Shown: positions 12,620 through 23,684 of the stretch, one piece after another
Position numbering within the stretch: the first letter of the stretch is position 1
Layout of the letters: each line of letters starts with the position of its first letter
DNA from: Anthoceros angustus
Taxonomy: Eukaryota > Plantae > Anthocerotophyta
NCBI GenBank assembly: GCA_010909165.1
Contig: MU008169.1
Span: 930,001-994,000 of the forward strand
Length of the DNA stretch: 64,000 nucleotides
Direction: 5' to 3'
Translations under genes and position numbers: made by a program
The notes under the pieces: generated by a model
The model's database searches: none
What the model was told of the DNA's origin: nothing
What the model saw: only the letters and a program-made list of their open reading frames with translations

Positions 12620-14110
12620 GGAGGTGCCGAGGGGAGAACCTTCATACAGGAGTGGAGTCCGTCAAGAGGCGGGCGATGCTCAAAGCGGCCGGAAGTGGAG
12701 TGGGTGTCTCCAACAGTGGGGAGCTAACGCCACTTGCTTTCGCAGGAGAGATTCCAAAGTCGGAGGAGGGACCGCTGGTGGCGACATCCGAGGGAACGAG
12801 GACATTGGCCTTAGTCCGGAGCTTGAGGGTGTCCAACTTGAGGAGCATGGTGGTGGTGCACAAGAGGGTGACCTGTGGCTGCCGAGAGAGATGGCATACG
12901 TTTGTGGACCTTCCGCTCGTGGCGACGGACAACCCCAACAACGCGTGAGGGGAGCCTTTGGAGGGGAGACTCCTGCAGTGGGAGTGGAGACCGGTCTGCT
13001 GGTGGACGCGGTTGCGGAGGAGGGCCAAGGAGCGCATGCCTATGATGGTGAGGAGGGCGGTGAGGAGGAGGACACAGCGAGGATGGGGAGAGCGGGAGCG
13101 AGGAGGAAGATGGAGGGTGCCGAGAGATGGCGGATGCCGAGGTCGAGGAAGACATGCCGACTACATTGCCAGACATGAAATTGGAGAATTGACGGAGCAC
13201 CGGCCGGTAAGCCATTAGACGATGTCATAGCCGTGTGCAGGCTACATGGCGTGGTGGCGTACATGGTGTGAGTTGCGCGATGGAGGGTGGATAGAGAATG
13301 AGGAGGAGGATGAAGAGTCGTCCGAGGAGGAAGATGTGGAGATGGCGGATGCCGAGGTCGAGGAAGACATGCCGACTACATTGCCAGACATGAAATTGGA
13401 GAATTGACGGAGCACCGGCCGGTAAGCCATTAGACGATGTCATAGCCGTGTTGTGCAGCTACATGGCGTGGTGGCGTACATGGTCGTGAGCCTATGCGAT
13501 GGAGGGTGGATAGAGAATGAGGAGGAGGATGAAGAGTCGTCCGATGAGGAAGGACGAGTGAGGAAGGCCTTCCACCAGCGTGTGTTGGAGCTAGTGTGTG
13601 CAAAAATGGAGCTGATGATGCCATGGTCGAGCCACGACGAAAGTTTGCGAGAAAGACTGGTGAGGAAGGTAGAGTATGAGTTTGCAAGTATAGAGCGCGA
13701 GGATATTGTGGCCAGGTTTGTAGGTGCATCGCGGACAAGGAACCACAATGTGGGCAAGAAGGTGCGGCAAGTCGCAATGTGGAGGGAGAAGGGAAGGATG
13801 CAAAATGGTTGCATCCGCCTAATGTGAGCACGAAGGCATGGAGAAAGGCCGCAGCAAGCCGTGGTGACGAAGCATGGGGTGTGTGGCCAACACCAGAAGC
13901 CGCAACGCCGGCAAGAATTGCGGGCACGAGCATGGGACGAATCCCTTTGGTCCAGAGAGCAAAGGAGTTCGAAACGTATGTCCAACGGGGAGGGAGCGCA
14001 ACTCGGATGAGTTGAAGTGGGCAGCAAGGCATGGATTGGACAAGATGCCGAGTAATCGGAGTGGTAAAATAGTCGATGTTAATGGAATGCTTGGTTGTGA
14101 TATGTAGGTT
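12620..14110 (+). pseudogene. Second, diverged TnpA-like gene (frameshifted), opposite orientation to the first
   Basis: PWSSHDESLRERLVRKVEYEF ... SRTRNHN ... PPNVSTKAWRKA ... GTNPFGP aligns by eye, in order, with RWRDVPKEEKARLVKSVSEAF ... TRTRNSR ... KPSMVDDEEWEDA ... GPNPWGK of ORF 4028-4612. Confidence 0.6.
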
Positions 14111-14649
14111 TCGCTATGTAGGACGTGAGTGAGGTGCATGACCGCAGGGAAGAAGGGAAGGAAAACCGGTGGAAGGTGAAGGCCGTCGTGAAGGAAGGCA
14201 TGAACCCGGTGGAGAGAAGGAAGATGGAGGAAGGTGCCAAGCAGGGAGCGCCATCACAAGTGATGCCGGAGGCAACGTGGATGGTGGGGATCCCGGAGGT
14301 GTGATGGCGTGCCACCGACAAGGCGTATCACACGATCCGTGTCAAAAGCGTGAGTAGGGTGGCAACCCGATCGAGAGATTGAATGCTATTCGCTTGCCGT
14401 CTGTAATTGTGGAAGTGGTGATTTGGCAGCCTATGGGGCCGGAGTGAAGGGCTAGCCATTGAGGCTAGTGGGTCGAATGCCGCCACGTAAGGTGGACCAC
14501 AGTGACGAAACGAGGAGGTGCCGAGCGAAGAGGGTCAAGCAAAAGACAACGGTGTTGAAGCCGCAAGAGGAGTCCGAGTCGGACGGTGGCGAAGGGTGTA
14601 GGCGCAAGTGACATAGGAATGGTTGGTACCTATGGGTAGGGGGCCGTTT

Positions 14650-15890
14650 GTGGAGGTGCCGAGGAGAACCTTCATGGAGTGGAGTCTGTCAAGAGGCGGG
14701 CGATGCTCAAAGCGGCCGGAAGTGGAGTGGGTGTCTCCAATGTGGGGAGCTAACGCTACAGCTTCGCAGGAGAGATTCCAAAGTCGGAGGAGGGATCGCC
14801 AGGGCGGACATCCGGAGGGGAACGAGGACATTGAGTCTGGAGCTTGAGGGTGTCCAACTTGAGGAGCATGGTGGTGGTGCACAAGAGGGTGACCTGGCGC
14901 TGAGAGAGATGGCATACGTTTGTGGACCTTCCGCCGGGCGACGGACAACCCCAACAACGTGGAGGGAGCCTTTGAGGGGAGGAGACTGCAGTGGAGTGGA
15001 GACTGGTCTGCTGGTGGACGCGGTTGCGGAGGAGGGCCAAGGAGCGCCTGCCTATGATGGTGAGGAGGGCGGTGAGGAGGAGGACACCAGCGGCAGCGAG
15101 GATGGGGACAGCGCGAGCGAGGAGGCAGATGTGGAGATGGCGGATGCTGAGGTGGAGGAAGACATGCCGACTACATTGCCACTACCTGAAATTGGAGAAT
15201 TGACGGAGCACCTGGCCGGTAAGCCATTAGACGATGTCATAGCCGTGTTGTGCAGGCTACATGGGCGTGGCGTACATGGTCGTGAGCCTATGCGATGGAG
15301 GGTGGATAGAGAATGAGGAGGAGGATGAAGAGTCGTCCGATGAGGAAGGACGAGTGAGGAAGGCCTTCCACCGCGGTGTTGGAGCTAGTGTGTGCAAAAT
15401 GGAGTGATGGTGCCATGGTCGAGCCACGACGAAAGTTTGCGAGAAAGACGGTGAGGAAGGTAGAGTATGAGTTTGCAAGTATAGAGCGAGGATATTGTGG
15501 CGGTTGCGGTGCATCGCGGACAAGGAACCACAATGTGGGCAAGAAGGTGCAAGTCGCACTGGTGGAGGAGGGAAGGATGCAAAATGGTTGCATCCGCCTA
15601 ATGTGAGCACGAAGGCATGGAGAAAGGCCGAAGCCGTGGTGACGCGAAGCATGGGGTGTGTGGCCAACACCACGCCGCAACGCCGGCAAGAATTGCGCAC
15701 GAGCATGGGACGAATCCCTTTGGTCCGAGGGAGCAAAGGAGTTCGAGAAACGGTATGTCCAACGCTGGGAGGGAGCGCAACTCGGATGAGTTGAAGTGGG
15801 CAGCAAGGCATGGATTGGACAAAGATGCCGAGTAATCGGAGTGGTAAAATAGTCGTGACGGTTAATGGAATGCTTGGTTGTGATATGTAG
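14650..15890 (+). pseudogene. Duplicate of second TnpA-like gene
   Basis: ORFs 14648-15316, 15376-15606 and 15495-15794 repeat the peptides of 12600-14107. Confidence 0.6.
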
Positions 15891-17079
15891 GTTTCGCTAT
15901 GTAGGACGTGAGTAAGTGATGATGCATGACCGCAGGAAGAAGGGAAGGAAAAGCGGTGGAAGGCCAGTCGTGAAGGAAGGCATGAACCCGGTGGAGAGAA
16001 GGAAGATGGAGGGGAAGGTGCCAAGCAGGGAGCGCCACTGGTGATGATGCCGAGGCAACGTGGATGGTGGGGATCCCGGAGGTGTGATGGCACACCGACG
16101 ATCACACGATCCGTGTCAAAAGCGTGAGTAGGGTGGCAACCCGATCGAGAGATTGAATGCTATTCGCTTGCCGTCTGTAATTGTGGAAGTGGTGATTTGG
16201 CAGCCTATGGGGCCGGAGTGAAGGGCTAGCCATTGAGGCTAGTGGGTCGAATGCCGCCACGTAAGGTGGACCACACCGTGACGAAACGAGGAGGTGCCGA
16301 GCGAAGAGGGTCAAGCAAAAGACAACGGGTTGAAGCCGCAAGAGGAGTCTCGAGACGTGGCGGCGGGGTGTAGGCGCAAGTGACATAGGAATGGTTGGTA
16401 CCATCTATGGGTAGGGGGCTTTGTGGAGGGGAATGTAAATGGTCGAGATGTTTTCTGCGGACGATGGAGTCGCCAGTGCATGGGTGGACCGGTGATGGTC
16501 AATTAGCAACAAACAAGAGGGAATTGGTCGCCCACCTTTGTAGCCCGGCATTGACATACTGTCAGAATTGTGAAAGTGGTTATAGAGGTCATTGGATAGG
16601 TGTAGGAAGATGTGGAGGAACCTCAAACCATTGGTGTTGGTCCAAGAGTCACCAAGTGACGCCGCTCGCCGTGAGGCACATGTTGGTGGTGCACGCGACG
16701 CATATGCCCATATCACGTGGAGTTCGTATTGCATCGGTGGAAACAAGCAAGGGATAGAGGACGATTGAAGTGTCCAAAAATTTGATTTAAATTGTCAATA
16801 AAATCAAACACTTAGATATGTAAGGTATGAGAGTGACGTAAGGGTTAGCACATATATATTATTATATAAACAAGTCTTGATGCCTATATACGTATACATA
16901 CGTATACAAAGAGGCTGTAAATACACTAATATAATAGAAGTATAAGATGGATGTGTACATATAAACGCATACATACTTATGTCTTGAAGCCTACAAACAT
17001 ATATATGTATATTGAGTATATGCAAAGGAGGTAAAAGGAAGGACAGGGGCGAGAGAGAGGTCATTGTAACAAGCAAGTT

Positions 17080-17590
17080 GAAAGAGGAATAGTGGAAGAG
17101 TATAAAATGGTGTGATAGGGGAGGTCCTTCTCACATGAAGGAGGAGGAGAAGTGAAAGAGTATAAAAGGGTGTGATAAGGGGGCAATAAATAGGAGGGTG
17201 AGGGAGAGGAGAGAGACCAAGTATTGTGTTAAGATGGGGTGAGAAGTGGATAAGAAAAGGACACCTTGAACACCAAGCCACCATAAAGTGTTGCAATATT
17301 GAAGTGGTACATGAAGTGAGAGACCAAGCATTGTGTTAGGATGGTGGGAGAAGGAAGAGAAAGAATGGACCAACTTAACACCAAGCCATCAAACCATGCC
17401 GGAAGTTGGAAGTGGGAAATTATTAACAATGCTTGTGAGAGAGGGGTGTACCAAGGGGAGGGGAAGAGATAGTGTCGTTCGTGTTAAGATGGTCGCACCA
17501 AACGGGAGAACTAACAAACTTAATACCAACCCTCCAAAACATGTTGCAATGTGGAAGTGTAACAAAAATTGCAACATCCACTGTAACATA
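17080..17590. repeat. Right subterminal repeats
   Basis: Repeated gaagagtataaaa..gtgtgata, gagaccaag.attgtgtta.gatgg and acaccaagcca blocks, plus TGTTGCAA/TGTAACA motifs. Confidence 0.75.
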
Positions 17591-17611
17591 GGGTGCCCTT
17601 TTCTAGTAGGG
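17582..17611 (-). repeat. Right terminal inverted repeat (30 bp)
   Basis: tgtaacatagggtgcccttttctagtaggg, exact reverse complement of 63-92, followed by TCT. Confidence 0.97.
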
Positions 17612-18133
17612 TCTGGAAGAAAGTCCTTGATGTAATCTCAAAAAGATTTGTCACGTGAAATGCGCATGATCCACATCGTGGTTTCGATCTCAGGGGCATG
17701 GGCTCAGCCTGTGGGCGCGACTTTCCGATGGCTACCGACAATCCGTGTCGTTGTAGTAAGGAGTTCGCTCCATGGAATGGTCTCGTGCTTATTCTACTCG
17801 AGCTCTACCCTATCGCTCGAACGGACTTCATCATGTTGGGTCCGCGGCCCACAACCCTAAGGGTGTGCCCTCCACACTGGGACCTGCACGCCAGCCCACC
17901 TGACCTTCCCACAAACCCCACCCGTTTCTCCAAGACCACGAATGTTTAGCGACGATTCCTCCATCATTCTATCGACTTAGCGCCTCGCCTCAACTCTATC
18001 CGCCCCAACTCCACCTCCACACACGCCGCAACGCCGACCCTCCTCTCTTATCCATCACCACCGGTAGTCACAACACCAACACGCCGATGTATTCACACCA
18101 GCCGCTTTGCCCCTTCCTACCGCCCACGCTCAT

Positions 18134-18540
18134 GAGAAGTAGCTTTGCACTGCAACTCCATGCCTCCGCTCCAGCCTCCAAGGATGGCTTGTACCAGTCA
18201 CCCCAAGCGCCTCCTAATCCCTCCGACCGCTTCACGCTCGCAGAGAAGTGACTTCGCACTGCAACTCCACCTCCGCTCCAAAGAGCCTCAAGGATGGCTT
18301 CCGCCCGGCAGTCACCCCAAGCGCCTCCTAATCCCTCCGACCGCTTCACGTTACTGCGGAGAAGTGACTTCAGCACTGCAACTCCACGACCTCCCGTTCC
18401 GGCCAGCCTCCAAGGATGGCTTCCGCCCGGCAGGTCACCCCCAAGCGCCTCCTAATCCCCTCCGACCGCTTCACGTTCTGCAGAGAAGTGACTTCGCAGC
18501 CTGCAACTCCACAGCCTCCGTTCCAGCAGCCTCCAAGGTT
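18134..18540. repeat. ~115-bp tandem repeat, ~3.5 copies
   Basis: gagaagtgacttc..actgcaactcca...caaggatggctt...gtcaccccaagcgcctcctaatccctccgaccgcttcacg recurs at ~18134, 18243, 18359 and 18483. Confidence 0.9.
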
Positions 18541-19088
18541 AGTCTCGCACCCGAGAATTCACCCGCGAGCACCTCCTGAGCTCAGGTCTGTCCCCGGTCT
18601 ACACCCATCAAGCGTGTTGGCGGAGCTCGTCACCAGAGCTCTAAACACATCCCTCTACCACCAATTAATCCTGCACGGTGACGCAGGAACTCACTCCGCG
18701 ACTCGAGCACGAAAGGCAAGAGCACACGGAGCGCGAAGATGGTACTCGGATAGTCCGCCGTCTTGGACGCCAGCCTTCCTATATACTCCCATACCCCAAC
18801 CTAACCCCGCCTATGTATGTATCATAACCCCGCTATGTATGTACCCTAACCCTGGTCGTGGTAACCGCCGGACGAGCTCATCACACGGACTTCTTGCACC
18901 ATTTACTTCCCGTAACAGTAGATCCATGCCAGCGATGCCCACCAAACTAAACCACCCGGCGAACCACTCGTCGGACCTCTGAGCAGACCTGACCGCCTCG
19001 GACGGGGCTCGAGACCACTCCGTGACCTCGCCCGGACGGACCACCCGTCGGACCTCGCAAGGACGGACCACCCGGCCGGACCTCGCAA

Positions 19089-19312
19089 GGACGGACCACT
19101 CCGTCGGACCTCGCCCGGACGGACCACTCCGTCGGACCTCGCCCGGACGGACCACTCCGTCGGACCTCGCCCGGACGGACCACTCCGTCGGACCTCGCCC
19201 GGACGGACCACTCCGTCGGACCTCGCCCGGACGGACCACTCCGTCGGACCTCGCCCGGACGGACCACTCCGTCGGACCTCGCCCGGACGGACCACTCCGT
19301 CGGACCTCGCCC
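19089..19312. repeat. 28-bp tandem repeat, 8 perfect copies (degenerate copies extend to ~18960)
   Basis: Unit GGACGGACCACTCCGTCGGACCTCGCCC repeated head-to-tail with no spacers. Confidence 0.97.
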
Positions 19313-19767
19313 GGCCGGACCTAGGGTCTAGGGATTGCACACTAGTGCAATCTGGCCAAAATCGCCTTATTGGCTAACTCCTCCCTATCCCTCTTAACAG
19401 TAACGACCCAAAAAAAAACAAAACAAGCCTAAGACAAGTCGCCAGGAGTACGGACATCGGATTTGGCACTCCACACAGCCCTTCGTCTTTACTCTGTACT
19501 ATGCAAGAAGAACGTTTCGCCATAGCCAGTGGATCCATTGAGTGCCTCTTGCAGGCATGTACAATTGTTAAGTTGGAAGCCCATCGTTGGAGAAGTGGAA
19601 GGGCAGTCATGCTCAAATTGAACTACTAGGAATTCAAGATGTTCAGTTTTAACCAGCAGTTTGGTAGACATGAATGTAAATTGTGGCAGCCTACAGGATG
19701 CCAAGAGAGTGTCTCACAGGCTTGGTCTAGAGATTGGACATGATGACTTTGAGTTCCACGATAGCAG

Positions 19768-21012
19768 ATACGTATTGCAAGCAGGGCATGGGCCAAAAAG
19801 CCCTTCGCCTTCACTCTGCAATGCAAGAAGAGGGCATGTCAGATGAAAGAAGAAGAGTGAGCACAGCTATCTTTTAAGCCGTACACAATCCCATTAATGT
19901 ATCCAATCAAGTTGAAATATCAATGGTTTGCATTGATTGTCACCTTATACTTGCCTAAAGCACGTGTCGAAAGGAAAGTCCCAATGAGCTACAAGCATCT
20001 CTTTTTAAATATCATGTTGAGTTTGAATCACCGGTGTATATCGGAGAACTGCATGCCCATGGCATTGCACTTCTTCTCCCTTCCTCTCCTCTCCTTAGCT
20101 GACAACATTGAACCGAGCTGCTGATGGAATTAATTCGATTTTCCATTGCCCTCATTATTTTGGTATATATTAGTTCATCCTCTATTCATCGAACAAGCTT
20201 GCTGAGTACATCTAATATGCGGAGCTTCGAACAGCTTGCTGATAGGCCCGAAAGACATCTTGCTGAAAGGATCAAAATGGTGTCTGGAAAATTAATGTGC
20301 CAATTGCAAAGATACTTGTATGGAGATCGATATGTGTGGAAATGTGGGGTATCGGTCCCGAACTTCTCGCATGTTTATTTGAAGTCCACTATACGTATTG
20401 CAAGCAGGGCATGGGCCAAAAAGCCCTTCGCCTTCACTCTGCAATGCAAGAAGAGGGCATGTCAGATGAAAGAAGAAGAGTGAGCACAGCTATCTTTTAA
20501 GCCGTACACAATCCCATTAATGTATCCAATCAAGTTGAAATATCAATGGTTTGCATTGATTGTCACCTTATACTTGCCTAAAGCACGTGTCGAAAGGAAA
20601 GTCCCAATGAGCTACAAGCATCTCTTTTTAAATATCATGTTGAGTTTGAATCACCGGTGTATATCGGAGAACTGCATGCCCATGGCATTGCACTTCTTCT
20701 CCCTTCCTCTCCTCTCCTTAGCTGACAACATTGAACCGAGCTGCTGATGGAATTAATTCGATTTTCCATTGCCCTCATTATTTTGGTATATATTAGTTCA
20801 TCCTCTATTCATCGAACAAGCTTGCTGAGTACATCTAATATGCGGAGCTTCAATTTTTGTCGATAGGCCCGAAAGACATCTTGCTGAAAGGATCAAAATG
20901 GTGTCTGGAAAATTAATGTGCCAATTGCAAAGATACTTGTATGGAGATCGATATGTGTGGAAATGTGGGGTATCGGTCCCGAACTTCTCGCATGTTTATT
21001 TGAAGTCCACTA
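19768..21012. repeat. 623-bp near-perfect tandem duplication
   Basis: atacgtattgcaagcaggg at 19768 and 20391. Identical ORFs 19897-20124 and 20520-20747. One short divergent patch (~20229 vs ~20851). Confidence 0.95.
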
Positions 21013-22429
21013 AGGACAGACATGCTGTCATGGGACAGAGTACCTTGGGCAACTTGCTCCATGGAGTAAACTAGGCTACTAGAACCATAACTATAGGCAT
21101 TCCTCACTAGATACCCCATCCAGGTCCGCTTGTAGTGTAGAGCGCTTAACTATGCCGTTCTTAAAGTATGTGTGTCCATTTGGCCTAAGCATTTGTACCA
21201 TCTAAGCTACATCCCTGTGCACAAAAGAATGAGGTAGATGTTTCCAACAGGCTTCACCAATTTGGCTTTGTTGCAGCCATGATCCAATGTGCAACCTCAG
21301 ATCCTCGAAGGACTTCTCTCTGATGGAAAATCTTTAAATTCTTGGCAAGTTAGCTCTGCATGCCAGAGGACTTAATTCACAAGTTTACGCAATAGTGTCA
21401 ACAGATGATCAGCTCAATATTAGATCTAGAGTAGCAGGGTGAGAGCATCTTGTCACAGACCAAACAAAGAGTCTCCCAACTTAGGATCTTGTCTCTGTCT
21501 TTCGTGGAGCTGTATCTTGCAGTCTGAGAATGCAAGATCGAGCATTTCCCTGAAAAACTTGAGGATATATACGAGGTGCAACTATGGGGTTGAGAGACTC
21601 CGAGGCACCCATGGCGGTGGACATCAGTTTGTGAAGCAGCGCACCAGGCGATATCAATCAAGATCCACTTGTTTCTCCACCAGGTCTCCGATGGCTGGCC
21701 TGAGATGAGTGGACCCATATACATGCCGCCGAAGGATATCTAGAACACATCCGAGACTTGAAGCCGTTGTTCGCACAGTTGCATGCCTCAAGGGCGACGG
21801 GTCGTGTGGAAGGATGATCCTTGGACTTTCTTCCTTTGATCTACTTTTGTAGGAGGAGGAGACTTGTTTGATCGTCTTAACAAGCAGACAAGACTATCCT
21901 TAGCTAGCAATACTAGCAAGGTTCATTTGAATATGTACAGTTGGGAGGACAGCGACCACAACGCTGATAATACTAGCCTCGAAGAGTAGGAGGAAGCGAG
22001 CTCATCTGAGGAGGAGGCAGCGACCTCCCGTAAGTGGCAGGCAGTTTTGGTCTGAGTTTTACGTTTTCAAAAACTGTAGTGCTCCTGTTTTCAAAAACTA
22101 TGCGGAGCACTGTAGCAATTTAACGATTGGAAAACTGTATAGTCAAAGGGTTCTAGCAGCCCAAATTCTGCTACATATTCATGGACAATAGTATTTATGA
22201 ATTAACCTGTGTGTGGCTGGCTCTCGAGAGCATGGGCTCTATAAGGAGTTGTAGTCTACTTAGCGTTGAACTACTTCCACGTAAAGCGCCGCCTCGTCAA
22301 GAGGTTCGGCACGCTCAGTGGTCAACTTAATGGAAGGCATAGGTAAAATTAAGAAACCGAATATTACTTAGAAAGTTCTTCCTTGGGCTGGTTGCTATGG
22401 GTTTGCACCAGACAGCGAGAATCTTGAGG

Positions 22430-23684
22430 GAGCCCTGAAGGAAGTCTGGACTTAGAGGTCCAGACTTGTGATTTAGACCGACCCCGAGGTCCTGACCTGT
22501 GGAAGGGTTGGGTCCGTAAGACCCACCCCGGCAAGTCCGGACCCCGAGGTCCGGACCCAGAGGGAAGGCCGGACATGAGGACCTGGACCCAGAGGGAAGG
22601 CCGACCTAGAGGTCCGGACCCCGAGTCGAGACGGGTCCCGAGGTCCCACTCGTGAGTGGGGAGAGCCACCGATCACCGCCTCTGCACAGATTCAGCTGAG
22701 GAGGGCTACTGCTAGGGCCCGCCAAAGAGATAAGAGAGGAGGAGGAGGACTTAGTGGTGATCGCTGTTGTCGTCACAGAGCGCACCTACATGACCCTCGG
22801 GAGAGGTAGGGGTCTACCGCGATCATCCGATTGCGCCCGTCAATGCCTGGCCACGCCAAGATCGGAATCAGCCATCCACCCACCGACGCCGGAGATAGTG
22901 AATATGGAGAATAGTAGGCGGTCGATTAGGCCCAGCCCTCTCTGAACAGAGGTAATTAAAGGCGCCGACCGCGAGTATAAGAGGGCCGAGGTCGCTTCCC
23001 GAGTAAAGCATCTTTTCTTGGTGTTGATGCTGCGCCTGTGTTCTTGTGTGCCTTCTTGTTAACGCGAGTCCTCGAAACAGTCACAAAGACCGGGAGAGAT
23101 CGATCAAGGTCTTGGTGACTGGACCCTAACGTGTGGTGGTGTGTGCGGTGGAGTGGCCAGGGACCCCTGTCATTCAGAGCAGCTGCCCGCTGACCTGACC
23201 TGAACGTGTGAGCTGGAGGAACTCGAGGGCGGCAGAGCCCGGACTGAGAGGCCCCGACAAAGCTGGGCTGAGGAGGTCCGGATCACAGCCACCCGCGATT
23301 TTTCCCAAGGACGAGGAGGGTGGTGTGAGTGGTGAGAGGGACGGACTAGATGGATGAGTGACGACTGAACGACAATGGACGCCGGTCCTTAACGCTTACC
23401 GCGACCGCCCGCTTGGCACGCTATGTAGCTAGGCTAAAACGATAAATAGGTGTGTTGGGACCGAACGGATACTAAGTGAGGTGAGAAACGATTGAAACGT
23501 GGCAAACGGAGCCTGTCATTCTCTTGGGAGCGGACCCCATACTACAACGACACGGGATTGTGCGCCTACCACCGCCATCGCCGAAAAGTCACGCCACACA
23601 TCCCCATCGCCGCTTGATTCATGCTCAAGAATCTGCTCACTGCCGGGTATAGGCAATGACCGAATGATACCAAATCACGGAACA
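22430..23684 (+). mobile_element. Putative LTR-like segment with GAGGTCCGGACC repeats, abutting the truncated copia integrase
   Basis: Degenerate gaggtcc..acc array at 22455-22650, TATAA-like box ~22976, and an end in ...GGAACA at 23684 exactly where copia integrase similarity stops. Left boundary unknown. Confidence 0.4.

Larger units (their letters stand above)
12617..16428. repeat. Internal tandem duplication 3 (copies ~12617-14649 and ~14650-16428); first copy has a nested ~210-bp duplication at ~13125-13545
   Basis: Both copies start gtggaggtgccgagg and end ggttggtacc...tatgggtagggggc. GTGGAGG is shared at the junctions. Confidence 0.92.
63..17611. mobile_element. Large non-autonomous En/Spm (CACTA/CMC superfamily) DNA transposon with CCCTA termini
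   Basis: Perfect 30-bp TIR CCCTACTAGAAAAGGGCACCCTATGTTACA at 63-92 and its reverse complement at 17582-17611. 3-bp direct repeat TCT at 60-62 and 17612-17614. Subterminal repeats at both ends. Internal En/Spm transposase fragment and TnpA-like ORFs. Confidence 0.92.
17649..19341 (-). mobile_element. Putative solo/partial LTR of an LTR retrotransposon containing tandem arrays
   Basis: TG...CA candidate ends. On the minus strand the order is 28-bp array, TATATA-like box (~18785), ~115-bp array. No matching TSD found, so boundaries are uncertain. Confidence 0.45.

Noticed and set aside
19089-19312. CRISPR-like array (28-bp repeat)
   Set aside because: Repeats are contiguous with no unique spacers, no cas genes are present, and the context is eukaryotic.
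18811-19340. Repetitive-protein ORFs (VVRPGEVRRSGPSG...)
   Set aside because: Artefact of a stop-free 28-bp tandem repeat.
19340-19360. CACTAGTGCAA as the left end of a second CACTA element
   Set aside because: No matching TTGCACTAGTG end or subterminal repeats found in the window; it overlaps a small hairpin and a possible LTR end.
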